A stretch of 61,000 nt of DNA, filler included, from Sluysia triapertura (lineage: Eukaryota), in assembly GCA_046118255.1 (NCBI GenBank). It is 5 parts of 5 records of this genome, joined end to end, with 100 filler letters (N's around TTAATTAATTAA, not from the genome) between each part and the next. Parts side by side here need not be neighbours in the genome. Positions count along the whole stretch, not along the records: positions 1 to 10,949 come from JBJNIA010190996.1; positions 11,050 to 24,356 come from JBJNIA010047456.1; 3 more parts are not named here. One strand, given 5' to 3'. Positions within the stretch are counted from its first letter, which is position 1, and the number at the start of each line of letters is the position of its first letter. A program made the translations under genes and the position numbers. The notes beneath the pieces were generated by a model. The model saw only the letters and a list, made by a program, of their open reading frames with translations, was not told the origin of the DNA and ran no database searches. Positions 1-12,947 of the stretch are shown here, in pieces.

Positions 1-76
1 GAGTTAACTCGGGGCTATGCAATTTTGATGGTAACACATGCCCGAGTTAACTCGGGCTTATGCGTTAAGTGGTTAA
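1..76. mobile_element. Terminal end of a piggyBac-like DNA transposon (truncated by window start)
   Basis: Two copies of the palindrome (CCC)GAGTTAACTCGGG, then ...GCGTTAAGTGG and TTAA (73-76). Palindromic subterminal repeats plus a TTAA target are typical of piggyBac ends. The partner end is not in the window. Confidence 0.55.
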
Positions 77-3000
77 TTGTTTTAAAAACATAAGATTTTA
101 AAACTAAATTTTAATCAGGATTTTTAGCCAGTTAAATTTGTGCAAATGCATAACTAATTTATTACGTAAATCAAAAAATAATATTTTATTAAGTAGTAAG
201 TAATATTTTAAAATTATTTTTCAAAATATTTAAATTAAAAAATCAATGTTATTAAAATAAATAATTTATTGGAATTATTGAAAAATTAAAATTTATTATT
301 TTACTAAGATTATTATTATTATTGTTGTTAATGTTACAGAGTTTTGATGTCAACCTAACAAAATTATCTTATTAAATAAAATTAAAAATAACTAAATTAG
401 TGAAGTTTTTTGGAATTATAAAAGGGTAAGTTTTCTTTTATAAAATATATATAAATTTATTTTAAACTTTATATTTTAATTATTCCTGTATCTTTTAATC
501 TATTATTAATGCAAAATAAATGAGTTGTGATGAAAGCAAAGTGTAAAGATTTTAAATCTAGCATTAAATTAGCGGAAACAAATTAATGATCTGGATTTTA
601 ACACTTACATTATATAAGAGGAAAATTTATTGATTCTATCTATGCGCACAGATGTGAATAACGAAGTTGGGCTACAGCACAGTAATGATTTTCCAAGTAA
701 TATTCAGTCGTTTGGCGATATTTTCTAAATAATCAGCGCGTTTGTGATTTTTCCAAATAATAATAATAATCGCGTTGTCTAAGTTTTCTATTGTTAACCT
801 CTTAGATTATTTTTTATTGTGTCTTGTTTTTAGAATTTCCATTAATGCATTGATTTTTTAATTATTTAATTCATTACATTAATTCATTGCTTTTATTATT
901 AATTTATTAATTGTATTTATCATTTTATTCATTTATTAACTAATCATTTATTCATGATTAAGCCTTAATTAATTAATTTATTTATTTATTACATTAATGT
1001 TTCATTAAGTTCATTGATATTTCAAATATTGTTAAACTTTACAAAAACAATTTATTGATGAATTGTCATAAAATTAACTATAGTATTACCTTAAAGTGTT
1101 CTACATTAAATACTTTTGTATAATTATGTCACTAATTTTTGTTTTATTTTATTGCATGGATATAAATAATTTATTTTACGTTACAAACTAAATAAAAGTA
1201 ATAGAATGTATTTGGTTATAATTATAAAAATATACGAAAATATTCTAAACTTTCTTTTGATTTTTAATATTTACATAATCAGAAGAATTGTATTTCACAT
1301 GGTTTCTACATTCTTACGTTGTTCATTGGTTTTTGGAATCGATCAATAAAGCGATTGAATTACACAATGTGGGATGCATTTATTTTAACTTTCCATTTAT
1401 TATTGATGTTCATTTACATTTTGATTCATTATTCTTATTTCATATATTAATTATCTTTAACATCTGCTGCTTCTTTTTCGTTCTAAAACTTCAATCAATG
1501 TAAATAGTAAAATTATAATTTATGCGTGAGTTCGTCTGTGATCAATGTCTTATAACTGATTGTAGGCTTGTCCACTAGATTTTAAGTGCTTAGAAATTGA
1601 AGGTCACAATTTATTTTCAATGTGTTTACTACTTTAGGTTATACGCAAATATTGAGACAATATTACGGTTTACGAATCAAATTTTATATTAGTTTATTAA
1701 ATTTAGTCTCAGTTATCTTATAACTTAACGCGTTGAATTTATGTAATCAAAGGAAATATTCACCGAGTTATTTTACAAACCGTCCTTTCTAAAACATCAT
1801 CTAACATCGTGATTTGAATTTAATGTTTTATCACAATAATATATGCAAAGATTATTAAAATAAATATTCAGTATAAGTATTCGTAACATTATATATTTAA
1901 ATTATACCTTTAAATATTAGTAACGTGAAATTTTTTCAACTGCTTAAAATGTTGATTTCATAGATAATCAAAAGTATAAGTGGGATTTAATTCACATGTG
2001 ATGATTCAAAACCTAAAATATCACTTTAAACATAAAAATACAATTTTTAAACACGTTGCACAAGATCGACTGGCTGTCATTCAATCATTCACTGTTTTAT
2101 CTTAATCTTCATTTTTATACTCTTTCGAATTTCCCAAAGATAAAAATTTTTAAATATAAATTAATTATAACAATCAAATATTATAAAAGTAGTATAATTG
2201 TATTATTATTAAATTGCTTTATTATTTTTGCTAATTTTAATATGATCATTTTATTATTCAATATGATAATACTTTCACTAAAATTATCTCCAGTTCCAGT
2301 TTATTTGATGACATGAGGTGGTTTTCCGTTTTCTGATGCATTACTTAGTTACAAAACTATAAAAGATTCTATTTTTTAATAAATTTTATGAACATACTCA
2401 AACACAACAAAATTTATCAAAAATTAAGTGTAAAATTCTAAAGCGTCAACAAAGCATTCAAAATTTGAGAGGTAAGCAAGAAGCTACTAAAATTTATAAT
2501 AAAACAAAATATCTTGCTATATATTGACTTAACTATCCGAAAACGATATTTACCCTAATTGAACAATTGTTTGAGATTAGGAAACGATAATCAAATCAGT
2601 TAAATTATTATCACGTCGAAATTGGTGTCAAGCAACCACTAAACGACTGCCAAATTTTTCGAAATCTAAAACAAGCAATTAGGTATTTTTCCACAAAATT
2701 TAAAATTCATATCGAATATCTGTTCTGATAATCATGTGTATGCATTAAATTAATAGACGTTATGGGAGGTACACCATTAATGACATCTACTGCCGTTCGA
2801 AGAACATAACACTAAAAATATTACTTAATTTAGATGATGATGTTCAAGTATTATTGATATATATATCATATGTTTAATGCTGATAGAATTCCGAGTACTG
2901 TTTCATTAAATTCAAAAGATTTTAAATTTAAAGTTCCAGGTCTAAAAGTTGGAAGGATATTCAGGTTCAAATTGTACAAGTCAGAATTAAATGGCATGGA

Positions 3001-4866
3001 GCACGATTCAGTAATTCTTTGTATTTTTAATTTTTAATTTTGGTCAATGCATTTTCGGCATCCATATTAACGGCTGTAAGCCTCTCATTGAATGTATTTT
3101 GGTCGTTTATGATTTTAAAAATTTCTGAGGATGTAGAACTGTCTATTTTATCCTCCAATTCTACTTTTTTCGATTCTTAAGCTAATTTTTATCAAGATTA
3201 CATTCTAGTTTCAATTGATACTCTTTTTCGCATTTATCAGACGGTACCAAACGATACTGAACGTGGCTTATCGTAGTTATTTAAAGAACATTAATTCTAA
3301 TTTCAAAATATCTTTAATTGCAGCTTTATCTGAATAAAATCAGTAGCAATAAATTGAAATTCGAAACATTTATCTGATCCCGAAGAACATTCTTTAAATA
3401 GATTTTTAAAATATTCATGCAAACATTTTAATATCTACATTCAAATAGTAATTTATGAGCAATTTTAAGAGTTTTTTAAAACATTATGCATATAAATTTA
3501 CCAGGGATGATAATATTTTAATGTAAAGTCGATCATAGGAATTTTATCTTTTCTTTTGGATACTGCCTTAATGAAATATGAGAATTCGAGTGAGTTTTAT
3601 ATGACTATATTGAGTTTTATTTGTAAGATGTGTATTTTGTATATTTTAGTTGTAACTGGTACTTGTAGTGATGATTGTCTTGTGATGGTATAGTAAAATT
3701 ATTTTTAATAGAATAGGTTTTCTGAAGGTAGGTGGACATAGCGTTGGCAATGGTGTCACCTAAGTACGTGCTAGATGCGGGTCAACTGGGAAAAATATGA
3801 CTTTTGTTGGGTTATTGCTTGTATGAATGGTGATATTAGATTTAGTACTATTGATATGATTTTCATTGTTTCTGTTAGTGATGTATTAGAAATGGTGTAG
3901 GGTTTGAGAGGGTTTGTCTCATCATTTTGATGATTAAAAATGTTACTATTTATGTATATTTTCTTTTGGTAAATCTTTAACATAAACGATTTACACAAAA
4001 CTAAACTAAAATATAAATTTTAAACATATTGGATGAATAAAGACATGGAAATTCTTATATTACAAAATTTAATTTTCAAAAATTGAAATTATTATTTCTC
4101 ATTATTATTAAAACAAATCTTTATATGCAATACGCAAAAAAAGAAACAAAAATTTTCACATGAAAACATAATTTACATAATAAGAGTTGACAGAAAGATG
4201 TACTGTCAGTGTCGAATCAAAAAGAGAATAAATATTTAAAATGAAATTTATGTAGACAGTATAGTTTTTGCGTAATATTTGTGTATAGATCTTTGGCAAA
4301 TTGAACGAGTTTAACAACTTTTGAATGATGATTTATTATGAATTAATTATTTATTAATTTATTTTATTTGGAAGTATAGTTATGCAACGATCTTCGTCGT
4401 ATAATATATTTATAATAAATATATTTATTTTTTATATTTATAATACAATACGTAAATTTTTGTTTTAATTATGTTACGAAATTTATTCTGGTGACTAATA
4501 AGAAATAATGAGGTTAACATATATAATACAAAGTTTCACAAAAATTAGGAACAACATTAAAATTAGGCTTAATGGTAATAAAATTTCTTACAAAGCGCTA
4601 TAAGTATGAAGTTGGCAGTAGAAAAAATTACTGGAATTCTGGTAGACTGATTAATATAGTCAAAATTGTGGAAATTGAGGCTGGCGTTATCATGCATCGA
4701 TTGTATCACGGGTTATTTTTGCATAATTAGCACGTATATAAAATTTGCCGTTAATAAGAATTTCAAGTTTGAACTTATGATTAAGTTCGAAATATATGAG
4801 TGTGAGAATTTAGGTTTTTAAAACTTTAATTTTATATAATATGTAATTAATGCTATATTGGGCTTA

Positions 4867-4901
4867 CACACTTAAGGGCCAATTCATAGATCTCAGCGTA
4901 A
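4867..4901 (+). mobile_element. PIF/Harbinger-like element terminus (copy 1)
   Basis: CACAC-TTA-AGGGCCAATTCATAGATCTCAGCGT matches the reverse complement of 22143-22179 over ~35 nt. TTA site preceded by CAC and a (A)GGGCC terminus resemble PIF/Harbinger. Confidence 0.4.
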
Positions 4902-5966
4902 GGTTATGGTTGCACGTTTGGAGGTCAGTAAAATAAAGATTCAATAATAGTAGGGTTTAAATAATGTATTTTATATCCGATCCACTGTATAAGGATCTGT
5001 TAGATTTTAATTTATTATAAAATTACTCAATCGTTAATATTAGTATAAGATTAAATTATTTTTGAAACTGTATAATTTGTCTGTAAAGAATGTAAAGATC
5101 TCTTAAATAACTCTTAACTCCCATTTATCTTCTCAGATAAAAAAATAACAAATGACAGTAAATCGTTTAGATCAAGTTTAAAAATGACTTCGAGTTGGTT
5201 TCAATTATATATTTATATTTATTACAGAAAATGTCAATTTTTACAATTTTGACAACTTTACTATAACCGATTGATAAACCAAATTAAAATTCATGAAAAT
5301 AAATTAATATCACAATTAAATGTTTAAAATAAAATTATAGAGTAAATTAGCAATGTTATTATAATAATGTTCTTTTTAAACAATTATATATAAAACGTTA
5401 AATATGATATACTAATTCGAAAAAATATAAGAATATGATATATTAGTTCAAAAAATTACAATAATATTGACAATATTATTATAATAAAATCTAATTCAAT
5501 TTTGATTATAAATAAAATTCTTAATGAAATATTACTGAACAGAATTTTAATAAATATTGAGTAAAATTTTAAAAATGATCTTTTAAAATTATTCTTTATT
5601 TAACCAAAGAACTAACGATTAATTTTTTGGGAAATTGAAAAATAAGATATTGTTTTCTAAATTGTAAATCACTCGTTAAGCAAATCGAATTTGTTGTATA
5701 TTGTTCAAATTTTCTTTTATCGATTAAAATGGTTAAATGGTCAATCAACTTTGTATCAAGTAATGGTTCCAAAAATTTTATGTATAAACAAATATGTAAA
5801 CACTATATTACTTCTTATAAAATAAGGTTATTTGACATTTTGAATATATGACTAATCATTTATTTGGTTTACTCATTTAAACATAAAGTGCTACAACTGA
5901 TGGTAATTATTTAAATTTAAGTTTACGGATTTGTACTACTTCTACTTCTACTACTACTATTAGTAC

Positions 5967-6011
<45 letters not shown>

Positions 6012-6038
6012 TAATAATAGTAATAATAATAATAATAA
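5967..6038. repeat. (AAT)n microsatellite
   Basis: Direct reading; slightly imperfect, preceded by a short (CTA)n run. Confidence 0.95.
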
Positions 6039-6797
6039 TGTTACTGATTTGTACTAATAATAATATACTAGATTTTAAAATTAATAAATTAATTATATTA
6101 AATAATAATTACAATAATACTAAATAATAGTAGCTATTTTCTTATATTTACTCATTTCATTTATTTAATTTACATTAATAATTTATTACACATAATTTAT
6201 ATTATTACATTTTACATAAGCATCACAATGAAATTTATTAGTTTTCTGAACATTGATATTAACTTTATTTTTATTAATAACTAAAATCGTTATATTTATA
6301 TTTATATTTGGCGTCATTTATAACGTAAGTATCAACATTAGCATCATTACCTTTACAAGAATTTTTATCCGAAACCTCATCACTACTAGTACTAAAACAT
6401 TGCAAATTTCTTTATTAGTATTATCTTTATGAATAAAATTATAAGAATTATCAATGATATAATTATTATGGGTAGTATTAACAACATTACGATGGTCTAT
6501 ATCGATATCACTTCTACGAATTGGATAAACAGCAGCACATATATTATCATCGATGCCAGTTTTACGAGTAGCACAGTTAACCGGCATCTACTTTTCCTTT
6601 TGATCGTGTTACGTTTAATCTTTTCTAACAACTATATTTTTGTGTTGTATGTACATGTTGAAAATTTCAATTACGGACATTCTACAATGCCGTAATTTGA
6701 AATTTTCAATATTTTTAGGCCAATAAATTTTATCACATCTAACATACTGAAGTTAATCAGTAAGCGATTATTTAAAAAATTTGATAATTATTATAAC

Positions 6798-6856
<59 letters not shown>
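6798..6856. repeat. (TAT)n microsatellite
   Basis: Direct reading. Confidence 0.95.
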
Positions 6857-6858
<2 letters not shown>

Positions 6859-9548
6859 CTCGAATATTGTTGTAATATGCTTCTACATTTTGACTGGTAT
6901 CTAGATCTAAATTTGTATCGCTACTGTCATTCTTAACTTGCTTATCTTTTGATTATATTTTACGTATTTTTAATTTCAATTGATTACGAAGATTATTAAA
7001 CTCAGAATCTACTGATATTTCGCCATCATCTTTCAATTTATCATCTGTTTCCATTTTGTTATTTAAATGTGATAAAGCAAAATCATTTTCATCAATTTGG
7101 CTTTCGACATTTTCTTTGTTTTTATCTCTAAATCTTTTAATTTATCTAATAACCTTTTCCATCCAGAGTTCTTATTAATTGTATTTTTTGTATTGTTCCA
7201 TTCAATACCTTATTCCATTTATCATCGTTACTCGATTTCAGATCATCAAAAGTTTTGACTTTTTCATTCAAATATGTTTCTATAGCTATTCAACTTGTCT
7301 TGTCATGAAATGGTGAATTCCAGGACGATATATTTCGGTTTTCAATTTCTTTATATGGAGATTGGTTTATTATCATTTATATTACTATTGTTATTGTTGC
7401 TATTCGTTTTCTTACCATTTTGATTATACTTTTTGGAATTGTCTTCAATAGGTGAATAATTCGACGAATATGCAAAATAATGTTAATCTATTTCGAGTCC
7501 ATTAATATTCAACTGATTTATAATGTTTCAATTGGTCTAGCAGAATAAGCTTTCTTTCTTTCTTTGTTTTTTTTTACTTTGGTCTTAAATTGAAATGACC
7601 TTAATTTCTTTTTTTTACTACTATTTTCGAGATCGTTTGGAATAACTTGGTACTATTATTTCATCTAAACCAAGATGCGTTTATATTTGCGTTGTGGTAG
7701 AATTATATTTAGATTGTTTCATCTCTAACAAGATTAAACGCTCAAGGCAGAAGATACAAATAAAGTTTCTTTTGAAGAGAGTGTTAAAAATGACAAGGAA
7801 GTTGAAAGGAAAAAATACAATAGAAGGTTAGGAAGAATTGTGTTTGTTTTATAGAAATTTCATTGTTATGTTTACTTTTAAGTTGTCAGAGGTTTTCATG
7901 TTGTTATGCTAAGTATATATGCAATTGTATATTTGTTTAATATTTTGAGTGTTAAATGCGGTGCTTTGTTTATTTGTGTTTGATGAAATTATAACTGATA
8001 GGTTCTAAGACGGTTACAAACGACAATCCTTTGTATTTCGATGTTTAATTAGTGAATCTGAAGTGCGACATTGTAAAAATTCATTTAGTTTTCTATCAAT
8101 TGTCTTCATTATGGTATATACATCCTTCTTAGCAGTAATGATAAATTGCCGTATGAAGATCTTTTAAAAGGTTTATTTGTCTGAGACGCATGCCAAGCAA
8201 ACACCATACAAAATTGTAAATTAGTCACTTGAAATCCACTATAGTATGATGGTATTCTAATTTCGGAATTATGTTCATCGATAGGTGATGGAAAAGATGG
8301 TGGTCTTGGAAACTGCTATAAAATGAAAATTATTTGGTCGTTATCAAGGTTACACTTAAATTTCAATTCTAAAATAAGCGAGAATGATTCAACATAAGAC
8401 TTACGTTATGTATTATTGCACTATACGTAAAACTTTTACATTTAAAATTCGAGGGCGCATCAGAATATTTTGCAGGGAACTAAATGTACCAATAAAAATA
8501 TAAATAAAATTTACATATAACGAAAGACAAAGGTATGTTACCTTTAAATTTAGCATGGTAAACTTTACTAGAGCATGAGGTCAGGCTACTATTAATATTT
8601 TGTATTTCATTTCGTGATCATAGTATATAGTCTTTTAGCATTGTCTTTGTAGTTCTGTGAATGAAATTTAAAAAATCTAAATTCGTGATCTAAAAATATA
8701 TTTATTAGTGAATATTTATTATTTTGAGGTATCAAATTAAAAATGAGAACAATTAAAAATTTTGTCATTGAGTTATTTTTATTAATTTAATTTAAATTAA
8801 ATTAAATTTCGAATGTATAAAATATTTGAGTAACCGCTAGAATATTTTTAGTAAATTATATATATTTCAAATATTTTAACTTATGAACATTTTGCACATA
8901 AAATGATTTCATAAAATTGTATTGTAAAATGTGTAATATAAGCCATAATGAATGCATAAATTTATTCATTATTAAGATATAGTTTAAATTTTTCGACTCC
9001 ACAACACGTGTTACTTAATTTCCAGGAAGATATTTGTTACTCGAAAGGCTTTTGAGGTGTTTGCTTTTGTAGACATCGGTTGAAACTATTTCTTTGTTGA
9101 TTTTGCAAATATTATACGATTTATTTCTCTCACATGTTGACTTTTCATAAATTGTTTTCTAAATATTCGTGTTTGTAAATACTTATTCATTTATTGAAGT
9201 TGTTTCAATTCTTTGCAATCCGACCCTGAAAATAAGTTTAATTTTTATCTGATTGTTTGAAATAAGTTCAATTTCAATCTTGTAAATGTTTATTATATAA
9301 CTTAACCTATTATCAACCTATGACTATTTTATGGGATACAGTATTTTCAGCAAATATTTTTTACATATTTCACATAATTTGTGTAAATGTAATTCAAATT
9401 TATTACTTTAATAATATTTAAATTTTATCGAATTTCGTTGGCAACAAATGTTACCAGGTGACATGATTTTTGTTGGTGGACTTGAGAAACTAGGAATTAA
9501 TTACAATGATAAAAGTATTATTTATAATTTATATTATTTTATATTTAG

Positions 9549-10949
9549 GACGATCAATGGTTCATTTCAGATATTGACGATGCAATAGCAATAAGAATAT
9601 TTAAACACTTGTATTCAGATGGAGAAGAAGATATAAATGATTTACTTGGTACAGAAGATTGTAACAAAATTTGTTGCATGTAATTTTTAATTTTACGAAC
9701 TTATTATAAAGAAGAAAATTTGATTCAGATCAATATATTTAAAACATTTGAAAATGTCACAGTAATATTTTTTGGGCCACTCTGTAATTCTGCTTTCATC
9801 CGATTCATTTTATACGGCATCTTTCTCATAATCTAAACTTAGTTCTGATGATATTCATTCTCAATTTCTTAAATTAATTAGGATTTTATGCTCAGTAGCT
9901 TAAGATATGGCTTATTTGCGTCCAGAAAATAAATTTTTAAATCTCTGTTATTTATTCACCAAATAATTAAAACTTTTTCCAAGTTATGCATTATTTATTT
10001 CATTAACATGTTTCTTTATTTCGTTTAGATGTGATGCACATTTTATCTAGTCAGGACATATTAAACAAAGTGACTTTATTGTAGTAATTACACTAAAAAG
10101 TAATAACTAAAAACGGTCATTTGACCGGTCGTGGTACGTTTAGTGTTAAGCAATTAATAATAAACAAGAATATAAATATAAATTGTATAGAATACCTTAA
10201 TTAGTATTAAACATTATTCAAAAAATTCGTTTGGAGTCAAATAAAATATAATCAACAAGTTTATGTCGAGTCTGGACAATTAAAACTTTGATAAGATATA
10301 TTTTTAGTGAAATATTAAATTTTTGATTTTATTAAATGTCTAATTGCGTAATTAAATGTAGTTGTATTATTTAGGTTTGGAATACAATCCTTAATTAGAG
10401 ATAATATAAAGATGGGAACTAATAATGACATTGAATGTAACATTAATTATTCTACTTTAGAACAACAAACCAATGTAATAAGACATAATACTGATATGGG
10501 TTTTACAACACCACCTAATCAAGTACTTAAACCAATTAATAAGATTCCAGATGATTTAATAAAACCATCTTATGATAGTGAAGCTTCGAATGTTATTAAT
10601 AGTCAAGATGATGATAAAACACAGTTTCGTAATGACGAATCTAAAGATCTTTTCGAATCATTTAGTGAAGATATTAATTCTAAAAATACGTCTAACATTT
10701 ATTTAAGTTATGTTGATAATGATATGATTAATAATGATAATGATGATAATAATAGTATTAATAATAAAAATAGTAGTAATAATGTTAATAGTTATAGTAA
10801 TAATAATAATTCATATAAACTATGTGATTTTTTTTCTGAGAATAATGTCAATGAATTTAAAACACTAGATATTGTAAAAACTAAAAATCAAATGAGTGAA
10901 ACTCCTTTACCTATCTTCCAACGCTTGGGATATGAAAATCCCTTAAAAG
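9549..10949 (+). CDS. Unidentified gene fragment, putative exons 9549-9679 and 10375-10949 (runs into gap)
   Basis: GT-AG intron 9680-10374 joins phase-compatible frames: DDQWFISDIDDAIAIRIFKHLYSDGEEDINDLLGTEDCNKICCM|FGIQSLIRDNIKMGTNND..., then an Asn/Ser-rich low-complexity stretch. No recognisable domain. Confidence 0.35.
10113..10149. mobile_element. piggyBac-like terminal end
   Basis: Palindrome CGGTCATTTGACCG, then GGTACGTTTAGTG-TTAA. TTAA-CACTA... termini with GGTCAAATGACC subterminal palindromes are a common piggyBac end type. Confidence 0.5.
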
Positions 10950-11049
10950 NNNNNNNNNNNNNNNNNNNNNNNNNNNNNNNNNNNNNNNNNNNNTTAATTA
11001 ATTAANNNNNNNNNNNNNNNNNNNNNNNNNNNNNNNNNNNNNNNNNNNN
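10950..11049. other. Artificial contig spacer (44 N + TTAATTAATTAA + 44 N)
   Basis: Exactly 100 nt with a six-frame-stop linker; identical spacers occur three more times. Confidence 0.97.
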
Positions 11050-11286
11050 TGTTTGAGCTGAATGTAGAAATTTGTTATGTTAGAGATGGTTGAGGTATAA
11101 GTTGATTTGTTGGTGTATATAAGTTAGTGAGGTGTTGTGATTGTAGAATGTTGTTTTATGTTTGTGGTGGTGTAATTGTGAAATAAAAAATGACTGTTGG
11201 GAAAATTGCATTTTAATGAAATTTTACTTATAGATATTAGATTTAATATTTTGATTAAGTTTAAATTATGAATGTTGACCACTACA
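11050..11286 (-). repeat. Interspersed repeat family starting TGTAGTGGTCAACAT (copy truncated at gap)
   Basis: Reverse complement begins TGTAGTGGTCAACATTCATAA, similar to 16441 TGTGGTGGCCAACATTTACAA and the end at 20046; CA-rich strand asymmetry. Confidence 0.5.
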
Positions 11287-11379
11287 AACCTGTATACTTT
11301 ATTTCAATAAAATGTATTACATTTTCCTTATTGATGCTATTGTGATTCAAGCTTATATGGTACAACTGTCCTTTCAAAT

Positions 11380-12620
11380 TTATTGTCTTATTTCTGCAGT
11401 TTACTAGGATTTCATAGTTATTGAAGAAATAAGCTCCTAGTATATCGGTTGCTGAACTGCAGCTTTATGAAATTTCATTCAAAAATCTTATTACATTGCG
11501 GAAGTCGGATTCGCTGCTGTTAGATATTGTATGGGTTGATGTTTTGTCTTACATAACGTGTTAGAAATTACTGATACTGCTGCACCTGTATCGATTAGGA
11601 AATTGAGTTGAATGTATTGAAAATTTTGAAATGTAAGTGCATTTCAATCTGTTTAGCCGCTGTGACCGATGGCATCGTTTTTTGCCGGCCCTTTGAATGT
11701 TGAGAAGTGTACTTACAGGTCAAGTTTTTGTAATGTGCGTGATACGCGCATAAATCCTCGACTTTGATGCTCAATTGCTTGTTAGGGAATTTGCATCCTA
11801 ACAAGCAGCAATTTGACTTCTAGTAACAAATCCCATTAAACATCTCACGACTTGGAGATCTTGATTGTCTTTGTGATCTGCTTCTGATCCTACTGGCTTG
11901 TGAATTGTTTGTAGCTAGTGTTGATATTACTTTTGTTAGGGCTTCTATTTGGGTGGTGATAGAATCTAAACGTTTGTTCAAAGTTTTGTTTGATGGATTC
12001 GTATCTATCACATAGATTGATTTGTTGGAGTTGTCAAATATGCACTTCGGATATGTAACAGTTATTCTGTCTTCGAGGTCCGCTAATTTTTCGATGTTAT
12101 CTTCTAAACTACCCGCGAGAACTGCTTGTACTTGGGCGGGTTAAAGCGTTCAAGAATAATTGTTTTTAAACGTACTGATCTTCCTTAGGTACGCATCGTA
12201 AGGGATCGAGGTCTTTTTAATTGTTTAAGAAATTTAGAGGGCTTAAGCGATCAGAGTGATTGATTCTTGAAATATTCATGGAAAAGCTCATTTGTTTCGT
12301 TAAGATGTCCTTCAATTTGTTAGTGTATTAAGTGCTGGCAAACACGTTGACATTTTAGGGCCTATTGCGGCCACTAAGTCCAGGGTTAACGATGATACGG
12401 CTCTAGTAAATTTTAGCGTTTTATTGCTTTCGTTTTATAATTTCAAATCTGCTTCGAGTAAGAACAGCCAGGTATTCGGGGTGCCGTTACTATCGTGAAA
12501 GGGGTGTTATAGCGTTTATTTCCGTTGTAGTTGACTTTTTTTCCTTGGTACTTGGTGGATCATCGTTTCCGCCTAATAGTTTGTGTTGAATTTTGATCGC
12601 AGCTCCATTGGTAGTACCAT
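11380..12620 (-). mobile_element. Degraded Ty3/gypsy gag-protease remnant
   Basis: Minus frames give gag-like PNTWLFLLEA..., KQLFLNAL..., IEKLADLEDRI, RSRSQRQSRSPSR...GICY...CKFP. These are followed by an aspartic protease FLIDTGAAVSVIS (~11570-11600) and ...LGAYFFNNYEILVN. Many stops and frameshifts. Confidence 0.8.
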
Positions 12621-12935
12621 ATTGGAAGCTACGATTTGCTCTAAGTGGTTGCGAGTTATAGACGAACCAGGCTTGCTTTGTAATGTCATATAAGGTATCG
12701 GTATTCCTCTCCGGATCTACTGTGGTATTTATACTGGAACCACAGGATGAACATTGTCATTATTAGCATTAATAAAATTGTTATCGTAATTATTATTATA
12801 ATCACAAATACTTTTATTATATTCATAATTATAATTCTTTTTATGATTATCATTTTTATAATAATTATCATTATTGTTATTACTGTCAGAGAAGAGGAAA
12901 ATTTTGAGAAAATCAAATTTCGTTGCTTTCTTTGC

Positions 12936-12947
12936 CTCCTGACACCA
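12936..12947 (-). promoter_or_regulatory. Primer-binding site complementary to tRNA-Leu 3' end
   Basis: Minus strand ...CCTACA-AAAAA-TGGTGTCAGGAG: an LTR-type CA end followed by 12 nt complementary to the tRNA-Leu 3' end CTCCTGACACCA, upstream of and co-oriented with the gag remnant. Confidence 0.65.

Noticed and set aside
6300-7800. Decayed coding-like minus-strand region with a possible zinc-knuckle trace
   Set aside because: Key Cys/His residues must be assumed mutated; no recognisable domain.
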